This document shows positions 20,030-29,829 of a stretch of DNA of 64,000 bases, piece by piece. The DNA is from Arenicellales bacterium (GTDB taxonomy: Bacteria; Pseudomonadota; Gammaproteobacteria; Arenicellales; JBFEOO01). The stretch covers positions 1,756 through 65,755 of the forward strand of contig JBFEOO010000012.1 of NCBI GenBank assembly GCA_041550555.1, given 5' to 3'. The notes beneath the pieces were generated by a model. It did no database searches and was not told the origin of the DNA. It was given only the letters and a program-made list of their open reading frames with translations. Position numbers and translations under genes: made by a program. Position 1 is the stretch's first letter. Every line of letters starts with the position of its first letter.

Positions 20030-21309
20030 CTCGCGAACACGATCTCGCCGCCGATCAGGCAGTGCGTCACCTTACCGCGGAAGCGCCTGCCCAAGAACGG
20101 CGTGTTGCGGCCGCGGCTCACCATGCTGTCCGGCGTCAGCGTCCAGCGCCGCTCGGGGTCGAAAATGCAGATGTCGGCCGGCGCGCCCACGCCGAGCTGG
20201 CCCGACTCGAGACCGAGGACCCGCGCCGGCGCGGCGGTGATGGCGGCCAGTCCCTGCGCCAGGTCGATGACGCCGTCGTCGACGAGCTGCAGCGTCAGCG
20301 GCAGCAACGTCTCGAGGCCCGAGATGCCGGGTGCCGACTCGCTGAACGGGGCGAGCTTGGCGTCGAGGCCGTGGGGTTGGTGGTCGGAGCTGATGGCACA
20401 GACGGCGCCGCGCACGAGGCCTTCGCGCAGCGCGTCCCGATCCTGGCGGCGTCTGAGCGGTGGAAGCACGTGGCACTGGGTGTTGAAGAAGCCGATGTCG
20501 TGCTCGGTGAGATGCAGGTGGTGAGCCGTCACGTCCGCCGTTACCTCCAGGCCGCGCCGCTGTGCGTCGGCCACCATCGCCACGGACCGCGCGTTGGACA
20601 GCTGACAGAAGTGTGCGCGCACGCCCGTGGTCTCGACCAGCGCCAGCTCGCGCGCCACGGCGACAACTTCCGCCGCATCGGGTATCGCAGGCAGCCCCAG
20701 TCGTGTGCTGATCTCGCCCTCGTGGACGCAGCCGTTGCCTTGCAGCCAAGGATCGTGGGCGTGGATGAACACGGTCAGATCGAAGGTTGCGGCGTACTGC
20801 ATGGCACGGCGCATGACGAGGGTATTCTCCACGGGTCGCAGCGCATTGCTGACGCCCACGCAGCCGGCCTCCTTCAACGCCGCCATGTTGGTCAGCTCCG
20901 CGCCCTGAAGGCCCACGGTGAGCGCGCCCAGCGGATGTACGCGCGAGCGCCCGAGCTGCCGGGCGCGCTGCTGGATCATGTGTGCCATCGCCGGAGTGTC
21001 GATGACCGGATACGTGTCCGGCGGGCAGCAAATCGACGTGATGCCTGCGCCGACGGCCGCGGCCGTCTCGCTGTCCATGGTCGCCTTGTGCTCCTGACCC
21101 GGCTCGCGCAGTCGCGCGCGCAGGTCGATGATCCCCGGGCAGACGATCTTGCCGGTGGCGTCGAGGGAGCGTTCGGCGTGAAATCCCGCCGGCGCCGAGC
21201 CGACCGCGACGACTCTTCCGGCGTCGATGAACAGATCGAGGCGATCGTCGAGGGCGTTCGCCGGATCGATCAGGCGGCCGTTGCGGATCTCGACACCCAC
21301 CGGGATCAC
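20026..21309 (-). CDS. pyrC: Dihydroorotase-like subunit, probably the inactive PyrC' partner of ATCase
   Basis: DHOase motifs (REPG, SDHQPH, GISGLET, NTPF), but the metal-binding HxH reads RAR. Confidence 0.85.
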   Translation of the reverse strand: MIPVGVEIRNGRLIDPANALDDRLDLFIDAGRVVAVGSAPAGFHAERSLDATGKIVCPGIIDLRARLREPGQEHKATMDSETAAAVGAGITSICCPPDTYPVIDTPAMAHMIQQRARQLGRSRVHPLGALTVGLQGAELTNMAALKEAGCVGVSNALRPVENTLVMRRAMQYAATFDLTVFIHAHDPWLQGNGCVHEGEISTRLGLPAIPDAAEVVAVARELALVETTGVRAHFCQLSNARSVAMVADAQRRGLEVTADVTAHHLHLTEHDIGFFNTQCHVLPPLRRRQDRDALREGLVRGAVCAISSDHQPHGLDAKLAPFSESAPGISGLETLLPLTLQLVDDGVIDLAQGLAAITAAPARVLGLESGQLGVGAPADICIFDPERRWTLTPDSMVSRGRNTPFLGRRFRGKVTHCLIGGEIVFAS

Positions 21310-22281
21310 TCAGCGCGAAGCCGGGCCGCGCCCGCCCATGATCTGCGCCATGATCGACATGCGCACGGCGATGCCGTTCGTCACCTGGGGCAGGATGAGC
21401 GACCGCGGGCCGTCGGCCACGGAGGAGGCGATCTCGAGACCACGGTTGATCGGCCCGGGGTGCATGACGACGGCATCGGGCTTGGCGAACGCGAGCTTCT
21501 CGTCGGTCAGCCCATAGCGGTGGAAGAACTCCTGCTCGCTGGGGATGAGCTGACCCTCCATGCGCTCGAGCTGCAGCCGCAGCATGATGATCACATCGAC
21601 GCCGTCGAGTCCCGCGATCATGTCGGTGTGTGCGGTGACCCCGAGGCATTCGACCTCTGTGGGCAGCAGCGTCTTCGGCGCGATGACCCGCACTTCGCGC
21701 GCGCCCAGAACGTTGAGCGCTTGGATCTGCGAGCGGGCCACGCGGGAATGAAGAATGTCGCCGACGATGGCCACGGTGAGGTTCTCGAACCCCCCTTTGT
21801 GCTGACGGATGGTGAACATGTCGAGCATCGCCTGGGTCGGATGGGCATGGCGACCGTCACCGGCGTTGATGATGCCGACATGGGGCGGAACGTGCTGCGC
21901 GATGAGATACGCGGCGCCGCTGAACTCGTGGCGCACCACGAACAGGTCCGTATGCATGGCCTCGAGATTGCGGACCGTGTCCAGCACCGTCTCGCCCTTG
22001 GCGGTCGCCATGCGCGCGGGGTTCATGTTGATGACGTCGGCCGAGAGGCGCTTGGCGGCGATCTCAAAGGTGGTTCGCGTGCGCGTGCTGGTTTCGAAGA
22101 ACAAGTTGACGACGGTCTTGCCCCGCAGCAGGGGGACTTTCTTGATCTCCCGGGTCTCGAAGCCGATGAAGGACTCGGCGACATCGAGAATGTGGATCAA
22201 GGTCTCCCGCGGCAGCCCGTCGATGGTGAGAAAGTGCCGCAGCCGGCCGTCGGCGTCGAACTGTATCCCGGGCGCCGGCAT
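21310..22281 (-). CDS. pyrB: Aspartate carbamoyltransferase catalytic subunit
   Basis: [40 protein letters not shown]. Confidence 0.97.
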   Translation of the reverse strand: MPAPGIQFDADGRLRHFLTIDGLPRETLIHILDVAESFIGFETREIKKVPLLRGKTVVNLFFETSTRTRTTFEIAAKRLSADVINMNPARMATAKGETVLDTVRNLEAMHTDLFVVRHEFSGAAYLIAQHVPPHVGIINAGDGRHAHPTQAMLDMFTIRQHKGGFENLTVAIVGDILHSRVARSQIQALNVLGAREVRVIAPKTLLPTEVECLGVTAHTDMIAGLDGVDVIIMLRLQLERMEGQLIPSEQEFFHRYGLTDEKLAFAKPDAVVMHPGPINRGLEIASSVADGPRSLILPQVTNGIAVRMSIMAQIMGGRGPASR

Positions 22282-22286
22282 GCTTT

Positions 22287-22817
22287 TTATGCCGGGCGCC
22301 CGGATCCGCGATCGAGGATCACGAGGCGAAGCACCTCGGGGCCCTTGAGTTCGACGTACTGATGCGGGCCGAGGCTGAGATGTTGGCCGACGACGTCCGC
22401 CTGAATCGGTAGCTCGCGGCCATCGCGCTCAACGAGTACGGCGAGCAGCACCGAGGCCGGTCGTCCGTAGGAGAACAGCTCGTTCAGGGCCGCGCGCACG
22501 GTGCGCCCCGTGTGCAGCACGTCGTCGACAAGAATGACATGGCGATCCTCCACGTCCTCCGGCAGCGCGGACGCCCGTACCTGCGGGTTGAGACCGATCC
22601 GCGTGAAGTCGTCGCGGTAGAACGAGATGTCGATGGTGCCCAGCGGCACGCTCAAACCCAGACGGGCGTGCAGCACCTCGGCGAGCCACGCGCCTCCCGT
22701 GTGAATGCCGACCATGACCGGGTCCGGTCTCGCCTGGCGCTGCAGCTGCTGCACCATCCGCTCGAGCGGCTCGGCGACATCCACCGGCTCGAAGCCTCGC
22801 GGGGCCTCAGCGCTCAC
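22287..22817 (-). CDS. pyrR: PyrR pyrimidine regulatory protein / UPRTase
   Basis: [34 protein letters not shown]. Confidence 0.94.
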   Translation of the reverse strand: MSAEAPRGFEPVDVAEPLERMVQQLQRQARPDPVMVGIHTGGAWLAEVLHARLGLSVPLGTIDISFYRDDFTRIGLNPQVRASALPEDVEDRHVILVDDVLHTGRTVRAALNELFSYGRPASVLLAVLVERDGRELPIQADVVGQHLSLGPHQYVELKGPEVLRLVILDRGSGRPA

Positions 22818-23256
22818 TCGGGCCGGGCGCTCTCTCGTCCATGTACGAGCGCAGGATCAGCTCGGCGGCGATCTGGTCCCGGCGCTGACGGCGCTTGGGC
22901 GTAACCCTGCCGGGACGGGGTGCCGCGGCGCGCAGCAGCTCATGAGCGGCATCCGATGACAGCCGCTCGTCCCACAGCTCCACGTCGAGGGCGAAGCGCC
23001 GGCGAAGCTCGCGCGCGAAGCGCCGGGCCGCCGTGCTCATGGGGTTCTCGCGGTCGTCCATGGCGAGCGGCAATCCTACCACCAGCGCGTCGGGCCGCCA
23101 GCGCTCGATCAACGTGGCGATGGCCCGCCAGTCCGGTTCACCGTCGTGTACGGCCACGGTAGCGATCCCCTGAGCCGTCAGAGTGGCGTTCTGGCCGGCG
23201 GCGACGCCGATCCGGCGCTGCCCGAAGTCGAAGCAGAGGTAGGTGCGCCCGGTCAA
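22807..23256 (-). CDS. yqgF: RuvX/YqgF pre-16S rRNA nuclease
   Basis: FDFGQRRIGVA, VVGLP, WDERLSS, DQIAAELIL; TTG start overlaps yqgE stop. Confidence 0.92.
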   Translation of the reverse strand: MTGRTYLCFDFGQRRIGVAAGQNATLTAQGIATVAVHDGEPDWRAIATLIERWRPDALVVGLPLAMDDRENPMSTAARRFARELRRRFALDVELWDERLSSDAAHELLRAAAPRPGRVTPKRRQRRDQIAAELILRSYMDERAPGPSER

Positions 23257-23816
23257 GCGTGACCGGCCTCCCGCGACAGCATCGCGAGATCGATCCCCAG
23301 CAGAGCGGCGGCGCTCGCCCAGCGCTCCTCGACCGGTGTCCGAAAGATGATGTCGTTGTCGGCGGGTCCGCTGAGCCAGGCATTTTCTTTGATCTCGCGC
23401 TCGAGCTGTCCCGCGCTCCAGCCGGCGTATCCGAGCGCCAGCATGGAGCTCTGTGGCCCGCGGCTCTCGGCCATGGCTTCGAGAATATCGCGCGATGTGG
23501 TCAGCCCCAGCGAGTCGCCTACGGGCAAGGTCGACTCCCAACGCCCGACGGTCTCGTGCAGGATCAGCCCGCGCTCGGTCTGCACCGGACCGCCGTAGTA
23601 GACCGGCGTGTTCGGGTTCTCGAGGTGATCGCTGGGCAGATCGAGCTGGGCGAGAACATTCGCCAGCGTCAGGTTGGTGGTGCGGTTGATGACGATGCCC
23701 AGCGCGCCGTCGTCGTTGTGCTCACAGATGAGGGTGACCGTTCGCACGAAGTTCGGATCGGCCAGCGTGGGCATCGCTATCAGAAAGTGATTGGTCAGCG
23801 AATGCAGCTCGCCCAT
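23253..23816 (-). CDS. yqgE: YqgE/AlgH family protein
   Basis: HFLIAMP.LADPNF, GGPV, LGYAGWSAGQLE.EI.ENAW. Confidence 0.94.
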   Translation of the reverse strand: MGELHSLTNHFLIAMPTLADPNFVRTVTLICEHNDDGALGIVINRTTNLTLANVLAQLDLPSDHLENPNTPVYYGGPVQTERGLILHETVGRWESTLPVGDSLGLTTSRDILEAMAESRGPQSSMLALGYAGWSAGQLEREIKENAWLSGPADNDIIFRTPVEERWASAAALLGIDLAMLSREAGHA

Positions 23817-23867
23817 GCGGGTTAGTATCGGTCAGGCGCCCGCCGCAGGGCAAGGGCCGGCGCGGCG

Positions 23868-24767
23868 TTATCGCGCCGTGATGCGTGCGCCGTGGCTGAA
23901 TTCCCAGGTGCGGGTGATGTGAAGGATGTCGGTGTTCTCGCGAATCTCCTCGGGAAAGGGAGCGAAGGGCGACGCCATGCGGACGATGCGCACCGCGGCG
24001 TCGTTGAGCAGCTTGTAGGGCGAAGGACGCTCGACGCGGACGGCGTCCACGGAACCGTCGGGATTGAGCGCCACGTCGAGAACGAGGCTGCCCGTCAGCT
24101 GTTGCGCTCTGGCGGCTTCCGGGTAGTTGCGATTGCCGACCTGCTCGACCTTCGCGCGCCACGCTTCCATGTACGCGGCATAGCGGTACTCGCGCGTGCG
24201 CGCGCTCAGAAACTTGCGTCGAGGTCGTTTCTGGTACTCGTCCCAATGCTCGCTGATCTCGGCGCTGAGCTGGGCGCGGTAATCCAGGGTCAGATGCTCG
24301 GAGAGGATGCCGGGCCGATTCGGGTCCGCGGTCGGCGGCAGCGGCGGTAGAGTCGTATCGCGCCGGACCAGGTGCAGGTTGTCCTGGCGTTCACTGCTGA
24401 GCAGCGCCTCCTGAGGCCGCGGTCCGGCACTTTGCGGTGAGGAGGGCCGCGTCGTCGGCAGATTCTGGGCGTCGGTGGGCAGCAGCTTGAGGGGCAGCGG
24501 GCTGCGCGCAGTGACCGATTCGTCGCGCGTGCCGCCGCCGTCCTGATTCGCCTGCGCCAGAAAGTCCGCCTCGTCCGGTTCCTCGTTGCTCGTCATGTTG
24601 ACCAGCACGATGTCCAGCGCCGGCAACGACCGCAGGTCGGGCAGCAGCTCGGGGAGGCTGAAACTCACCCCTAGGATGAAGAGCATGTGGGCGAGGATCG
24701 AGGCGAATACGGTCATGCCGAAGCGGTCGCCGCTCGACAGTGCGCCGTTGGACCTGATCTGCGCCAT
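23868..24767 (-). CDS. TonB family energy transducer (TonB3-like)
   Basis: N-terminal TM segment with His, FLAQANQDGGG, proline-rich linker, NYPEAAR and LHITRTW C-terminal domain. Confidence 0.85.
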   Translation of the reverse strand: MAQIRSNGALSSGDRFGMTVFASILAHMLFILGVSFSLPELLPDLRSLPALDIVLVNMTSNEEPDEADFLAQANQDGGGTRDESVTARSPLPLKLLPTDAQNLPTTRPSSPQSAGPRPQEALLSSERQDNLHLVRRDTTLPPLPPTADPNRPGILSEHLTLDYRAQLSAEISEHWDEYQKRPRRKFLSARTREYRYAAYMEAWRAKVEQVGNRNYPEAARAQQLTGSLVLDVALNPDGSVDAVRVERPSPYKLLNDAAVRIVRMASPFAPFPEEIRENTDILHITRTWEFSHGARITAR

Positions 24768-25152
24768 CTGAAGACCTTGGTCGTGAAAACCGAACTGCGG
24801 TGGCCCGCGCGACGGGCCGGGTTGTCATCCCCTGAACTTCGCTATCTGTACTTATATCCCATTGAGGCCAGATCGGCCAGCGATGGGCTCTTGTGATGAA
24901 TTTCCATTATATGCTATAAAAATCAAAATGTTTAGGGCATTACTATATAAACTACTTGAAAATCGGGCCGCAGATATACATCATAACGGGGTCGAGGGGC
25001 CCAAGCAGGGGGGCAAAGCACGCTGCGCCAGCAGCATTGCGGATGCTCGAGCGTTGCCGCGCAGATGACCCGATGGGCCAGGGTGACGGTGCTGCGCCGT
25101 GGGTCAACCGAGCTGCGACGCAGCACGGTGGACGTCTGACGGAGAACGGGCT

Positions 25153-25728
25153 ATGCGCGATGGCGCCCTCCATGCCTTGAATCTTTTGCTGCGGTGGCAG
25201 ACCCCGCCGGGCGCAGAGACCGAGACCGACTGCGACGACGCCGCGGAGGCCATTTGGCGCGGTGTCGGCTTCGATCTCGGCAGCCGCCATTTGGTGGCGC
25301 CGCTGGGCCAGGTGGCCGAGATCACCATTTGTGCGACGGCAGCGCCGTTGCCGCGTACGCCGGCGTGGGTGCGTGGTCTCGTGAGCGTTCATGGGAAGGG
25401 CCTCGCGGTGATCGACCTCAATGCGTTTCTCGGCGCCGAACCGCTCGCGACGGTCGATGGCGCACGGCTCTTGGTGATGCGATCCACCGGGCTGCAGGCC
25501 GCGCTGGTCGTCGAGCGGGTGCACGGCTTGCTCCGGTTCCCCGCCTCAGCGCGGCAAGCCGCGTCCGGGCAGGCGGGCACGGGCGCGGATCGTTACGTGA
25601 CGGCCTCGTTCGGTGGCGGGGCGGAGCGCTGGAGCGTCTTCGATCTCCGGCGCCTGGCGGCGGACGAGCGTTTTCGACGTGCCGGCCGGGCTGGCTCTGA
25701 TGCGCCGGCCGCGCGGCACGCCGCCTGA
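25153..25728 (+). CDS. CheW-domain protein, divergent PilI-like
   Basis: WRGVGFDLG..HLVAPLGQVAE, PRTPAWVRGL, VIDLNAFLG, LVVERVHG; GGAG RBS at 25141. Confidence 0.75.
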   Translation: MRDGALHALNLLLRWQTPPGAETETDCDDAAEAIWRGVGFDLGSRHLVAPLGQVAEITICATAAPLPRTPAWVRGLVSVHGKGLAVIDLNAFLGAEPLATVDGARLLVMRSTGLQAALVVERVHGLLRFPASARQAASGQAGTGADRYVTASFGGGAERWSVFDLRRLAADERFRRAGRAGSDAPAARHAA

Positions 25729-25816
25729 GCCGTCACGTCCTCGGACGGCCCGACGCCGCGCACGAGGCGCGATGAGCCCTTCCGGGCGATGCCGCGGGTG
25801 ACCATGAGGTAGAACC

Positions 25817-28258
25817 GTGCACAACAGTGTCGCGTTGCAGCAGCAGGTACGGGCCAGCCTGGGCGCATGGCTGCAGGAAGGCGGAAGCGTGCGCGCGCAC
25901 CAGGCGCTGTGCCGCACACTGAGCGCCATCGCCGATCTCGCCGACAGCCGTGGCGACCCTACCGTGCGTGGCGTCGCCGACGGCATCAATCAGATGCTGG
26001 ACATGTTCGCAGCCAAGTCGGGACGCCTCTCGGAGCAGGCACTCGGCACGCTCCGCCACTCGGTGGAGATACTGGCCGGCTGGTGCGAGCATCACGATGC
26101 CGACGAGGACGCTGGCGGGGCAATGCCGCAGCGCGGCGCTGCGCAGCTCGACGCCAACGGGCCAGGGGGCGGCGTGACCGACCCCCGGGCGATCCGCGAG
26201 TTCATCACCGATGCCTTGACACAGCTCAGGGCGATCCGTCTCTCCACGCAGCACATAGCGGCCGAGACCGGCCTCGGTGTCGATTTGCAGTGCCTCGAGC
26301 CCGCCCTCGCTCAGCTCCGACTCCATGCGGGCTCGCTCGAATTCGCCTCGATGGCCGAGGCGTGCCGGCAAGTGGAGCGCTCACTCGAGCTGAAGCGCCA
26401 GCGTGGGCGCGCCCTGGGCAGCACCGACCTGTCCCATTTGCGCCAGCTGCACGGGTTGATTGCGCGCGCGCTCGACGCTCTGTTGCGGGACGGCACGCTT
26501 GCCGGGACACCCGACACCGAGTTCGACCGCTTTGCCGAGGCGGTCGCCGCCTATGCCGAGGATCCGCCTGAGCGAGCAACGGAGGAGATCGGCGCGCTGC
26601 CGCACGATGCGGTTCCCGAGCCTGCCAACGACGAGGACGGCGAAGCGGATGGCGCCGGCGACGCCGCGCGGTGCGCTGCCGCAGCCGACGCCGAAAGCTT
26701 GCCGGCGCCGCTTGCCGAGTCGCCCCCGCTCGAAGCTGAGCAAGCGCCGCCATTACTGTCAGCCGATGGCCTGCCTTGCGAAGCGACCGGCTTCGTGAGC
26801 GCGAGCCTCGCCGGGCTCGGACCGGTGCCGCTGTCGCACCGGCTGTCGCACCTGCGCGATGTGCTGGACACGGCCGCGCACGCGCAGGGCAAGAGCGCCG
26901 TGCTCGACCTCGACGCGGATGTGGAGATCGACGAGGCGTTGCTCGGCGGCGCGATGGCGCCCCTCGAGAGCCTGCTCCGCTGTGCCGTCGCCGCGATCGA
27001 GCCCGCATCGCAGAGAACGTCGCTGGGTAAGCCGGCCAGCGCTCGCCTGACGCTCGGGGGACGCACGACCGGCCGTCAGCTGCACATCGAATGCCGGCAC
27101 GACGGCGCCGGCCTCGATGTAGCGGCCATGCATTCCAAGGCGATGAAGGCCGGGCTGATTCCGCGGCAGGCGACCATCGGCCCCGAGGACCTGGTGCGGC
27201 TCTTGCTGACGCCCGGCGTCGGCAGCGCGTCGATGGCGGGGTGGCCCGAAGGCGCTGCGTTTCGGGCCGCGCTCGGCGCCGCCCTCGAGGACATCGAGAC
27301 CCTCGGTGGCTCATTGGGCCTCGTCGGCCGTGACCGGGGCGAGCAAGGCATCGAGGTCGTGCTGCCCGCGCAGCTGCCGCTGCTGCACGGCATGCTGGTG
27401 CGGCTCGGCGCCCAGCATTACCTGCTGCCGGCGGCGGCGGTGCGTGAGGTGATCGCGCCGGCGACAGCGGGGGTGGAGCGGTCGGAGCCCGACGATGAGC
27501 CCTGGATCCGCTACCGCGAGCAACGCCACCCGATGTTGGATCTATTTCGCGAGCTGGAGCTGGAGCGCCCCGGCGCCGATCCCGACCGTGAAGCCATCGT
27601 CATCGTAGCGCTCGACGGCGTCGAGATCGGCGTCGCCGTCGACGAGGTGCTGGGTCGGCGGGATGTCGTATTCCAGCCTCTGCAGCCGCCCGTCGCAGAT
27701 CTTGTCGGCGTGGCCGGGGCGGCGTGCGTCAACGGCGCCGGACTGGCGCTGATCATCGACGTCGGCGCGCTGTGGGAGCGCCACCACCCGCGTGCGTCGC
27801 TGACGTCGGGCGCCGCTGAGGGCGAAGAGGCGTCGCATGACGCGCCGCAATCGGGTGTGATCATGGTCGTCGACGACTCGCTCACGGTGCGCAAGGTCAC
27901 CGGGCGCAGTCTGCGCAAGCACGGCCTGGAGGTGGTGCTGGCCAAGGACGGCGTCGACGCCATCGAAAAGCTCAGGGAGAACCGGCCGGACGTCATGCTG
28001 GTGGATATCGAGATGCCGAGAATGGACGGCTACGAGTTGACCCGTCGCATTCGGTCGGATCCGCTCACGCGCACGATTCCGATTGTCATCATCACCTCCC
28101 GCTCCGGAACTCGGCTGCGCGACAAGGCGATGCAGCTCGGTGCCGAGGCGTTCCTCAGCAAGCCCTACGGTGAGGAAGACCTGATCGAGACCGTCAGGCA
28201 GATGCTGGCGGCGAGCGCCCTTGCCTGCGGGCACTCGCGTGCCGGTGTCGATCACTAG
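25817..28258 (+). CDS. ChpA/CheA-like hybrid protein (two Hpt-like domains, degenerate HATPase, CheW, REC); probable pseudokinase
   Basis: Domain order matches ChpA; REC conserved (VVDDS, DIEMPRMDG, ITS, KPY); kinase boxes degenerate. Confidence 0.8.
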   Translation: MHNSVALQQQVRASLGAWLQEGGSVRAHQALCRTLSAIADLADSRGDPTVRGVADGINQMLDMFAAKSGRLSEQALGTLRHSVEILAGWCEHHDADEDAGGAMPQRGAAQLDANGPGGGVTDPRAIREFITDALTQLRAIRLSTQHIAAETGLGVDLQCLEPALAQLRLHAGSLEFASMAEACRQVERSLELKRQRGRALGSTDLSHLRQLHGLIARALDALLRDGTLAGTPDTEFDRFAEAVAAYAEDPPERATEEIGALPHDAVPEPANDEDGEADGAGDAARCAAAADAESLPAPLAESPPLEAEQAPPLLSADGLPCEATGFVSASLAGLGPVPLSHRLSHLRDVLDTAAHAQGKSAVLDLDADVEIDEALLGGAMAPLESLLRCAVAAIEPASQRTSLGKPASARLTLGGRTTGRQLHIECRHDGAGLDVAAMHSKAMKAGLIPRQATIGPEDLVRLLLTPGVGSASMAGWPEGAAFRAALGAALEDIETLGGSLGLVGRDRGEQGIEVVLPAQLPLLHGMLVRLGAQHYLLPAAAVREVIAPATAGVERSEPDDEPWIRYREQRHPMLDLFRELELERPGADPDREAIVIVALDGVEIGVAVDEVLGRRDVVFQPLQPPVADLVGVAGAACVNGAGLALIIDVGALWERHHPRASLTSGAAEGEEASHDAPQSGVIMVVDDSLTVRKVTGRSLRKHGLEVVLAKDGVDAIEKLRENRPDVMLVDIEMPRMDGYELTRRIRSDPLTRTIPIVIITSRSGTRLRDKAMQLGAEAFLSKPYGEEDLIETVRQMLAASALACGHSRAGVDH

Positions 28259-28283
28259 CGTCCGTCACGGGTGACGGGATGGG

Positions 28284-29651
28284 CTACTCCCGCGTCGCCA
28301 ACTCGATACCGGCGCGCGCCACCTCGGCGAGATGCCGGATCTGGTCCTCGTCGATCACATAGGGGGGCATGAAGTACACGACGTTCCCCAGCGGTCGCAG
28401 CAGCGCTTCGTTCGCGAGCCCGTGGCGAAAGACTTTCAGCCCACGTCGCTCCTGCCACGGGTACGGGGTGCCGTTGGCTTTGTCCTGGACCATCTCGATG
28501 GCGAGGATCATGCCGCTCTGGCGCACCTCGGCGACGTGCGGGTGCTCGGCCAGATCTGCGGTGGCGTCGCCCATGGCGCGCGCGAGCGTGCGGTTGCGGG
28601 CAATGACGTCGTCGCGCTCGAAGATCTCGAGGGTGGCCAGGGCGGCGGCGCAGCAGAGCGGGTTGCCGGTGTAGCTGTGCGAGTGGAGAAAGCCCCTGAG
28701 CGTGGCGTACTCGTCGTAGAACGCCCCGTAGACCTGCTCGCCGGTCATGACGACCGCCAACGGCAGGAAGCCGCCGGTCAGGCCCTTGGCCAGACAGAGG
28801 AAGTCGGGCACGATACCGGCCTGCTCGCTGGCAAACAGGGTCCCCGTGCGGCCGAAACCCACCGCGATCTCGTCGGCGATGAGATGGACGTGGTGGCGGT
28901 CGCACGCATCGCGCAGCAAGGTGAGATAGACAGGGTCGTACATCCGCATGTTGCCGGCGCACTGCACCAGCGGCTCCACGATCACCGCGCACACCTCGTC
29001 GGCAATGCGCGCAAGCAGCTGATCCATGTGTTCGAACTGGCGACGGGAATGCGCCGCCCATGACTCTCCGGGCTCGCGGTGAAAGCAGTCGGGGCTCGGC
29101 GCGCAGTGCGCGGGCATGAGCAGCGGCGCGTACGTCTCCTTGTACAGCGCGACGTCGCCGACCGCCAGCGCCCCCAGCGTCTCACCGTGGTAGCTGTTGC
29201 TGAGATGGACGAAGCCCGTTTTGCCGGTGTAGCCCCGGTTGCGCCAGAAGTGGTAGCTCATCTTCAGCGCGATCTCCACGGCCGAAGAGCCGTTCTCAGC
29301 GTAGAAGCAGCGCGTGAGACCGCTCGGCGCCAGCGCCACCAGGCGCTCGGAGAGGCGCACGACGGGCTCATGGGTGAAGCCGGAGAGGATCACGTGCTCG
29401 AGCGACTCCGCCTGCTCCCGCACCGCGGCGCCGATGTGCGGGTTTGCGTGGCCGAACAGGTTGACCCACCACGAGCTGATGGCGTCGAGGTAGCGATTAC
29501 CGTCGAAGTCCTCGAGCCATACGCCGTAACCGCGCCGGATCGGCACGGGCGGATACAGCTCATGGTCTTTCATCTGCGTGCACGGGTGCCAGACAGTGCG
29601 CAGGTCGCGCGCCGCCATGGCGCGATTGTTCATCGTCGGATGATGAGGCAT
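28284..29651 (-). CDS. bioA: Adenosylmethionine-8-amino-7-oxononanoate transaminase (start 29633-29651)
   Basis: VWHPCTQMK, DAISSWWVN, SYHGET, IADEIAVGFGRTG, AKGLTGG, RPLGNVVYFMPP. Confidence 0.96.
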   Translation of the reverse strand: MPHHPTMNNRAMAARDLRTVWHPCTQMKDHELYPPVPIRRGYGVWLEDFDGNRYLDAISSWWVNLFGHANPHIGAAVREQAESLEHVILSGFTHEPVVRLSERLVALAPSGLTRCFYAENGSSAVEIALKMSYHFWRNRGYTGKTGFVHLSNSYHGETLGALAVGDVALYKETYAPLLMPAHCAPSPDCFHREPGESWAAHSRRQFEHMDQLLARIADEVCAVIVEPLVQCAGNMRMYDPVYLTLLRDACDRHHVHLIADEIAVGFGRTGTLFASEQAGIVPDFLCLAKGLTGGFLPLAVVMTGEQVYGAFYDEYATLRGFLHSHSYTGNPLCCAAALATLEIFERDDVIARNRTLARAMGDATADLAEHPHVAEVRQSGMILAIEMVQDKANGTPYPWQERRGLKVFRHGLANEALLRPLGNVVYFMPPYVIDEDQIRHLAEVARAGIELATRE

Positions 29652-29829
29652 GGGGGTTGCTAGCCGTTGGGCAGGCGAAGATTGTAAAAGGCGGGTGCCG
29701 GTTTCTCCACAGCGGCCGGCGTCAGCGGCCGTGCAGCAGCCACAGACGTCCTGAGACGATGAGATCGCCAACTCTCGCCGAGCCGGGCGCGGCGCGGCCG
29801 GACGCCGCGCAGCGGTTCTCCGGGTGACC

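Noticed and set aside
22818-22900. PyrR-type attenuator upstream of pyrR-pyrB
   Set aside because: pyrR overlaps the yqgF coding sequence, leaving no leader, and no terminator is visible
24990-25150. Remnant of pilG or pilH in the gap before the PilI-like gene
   Set aside because: No receiver-domain motifs recognisable in the frames examined; a tblastn search would be needed
29682-29709. BirA operator upstream of bioA
   Set aside because: Only one partial half-site (TTGTAAA); spacing and second half do not fit
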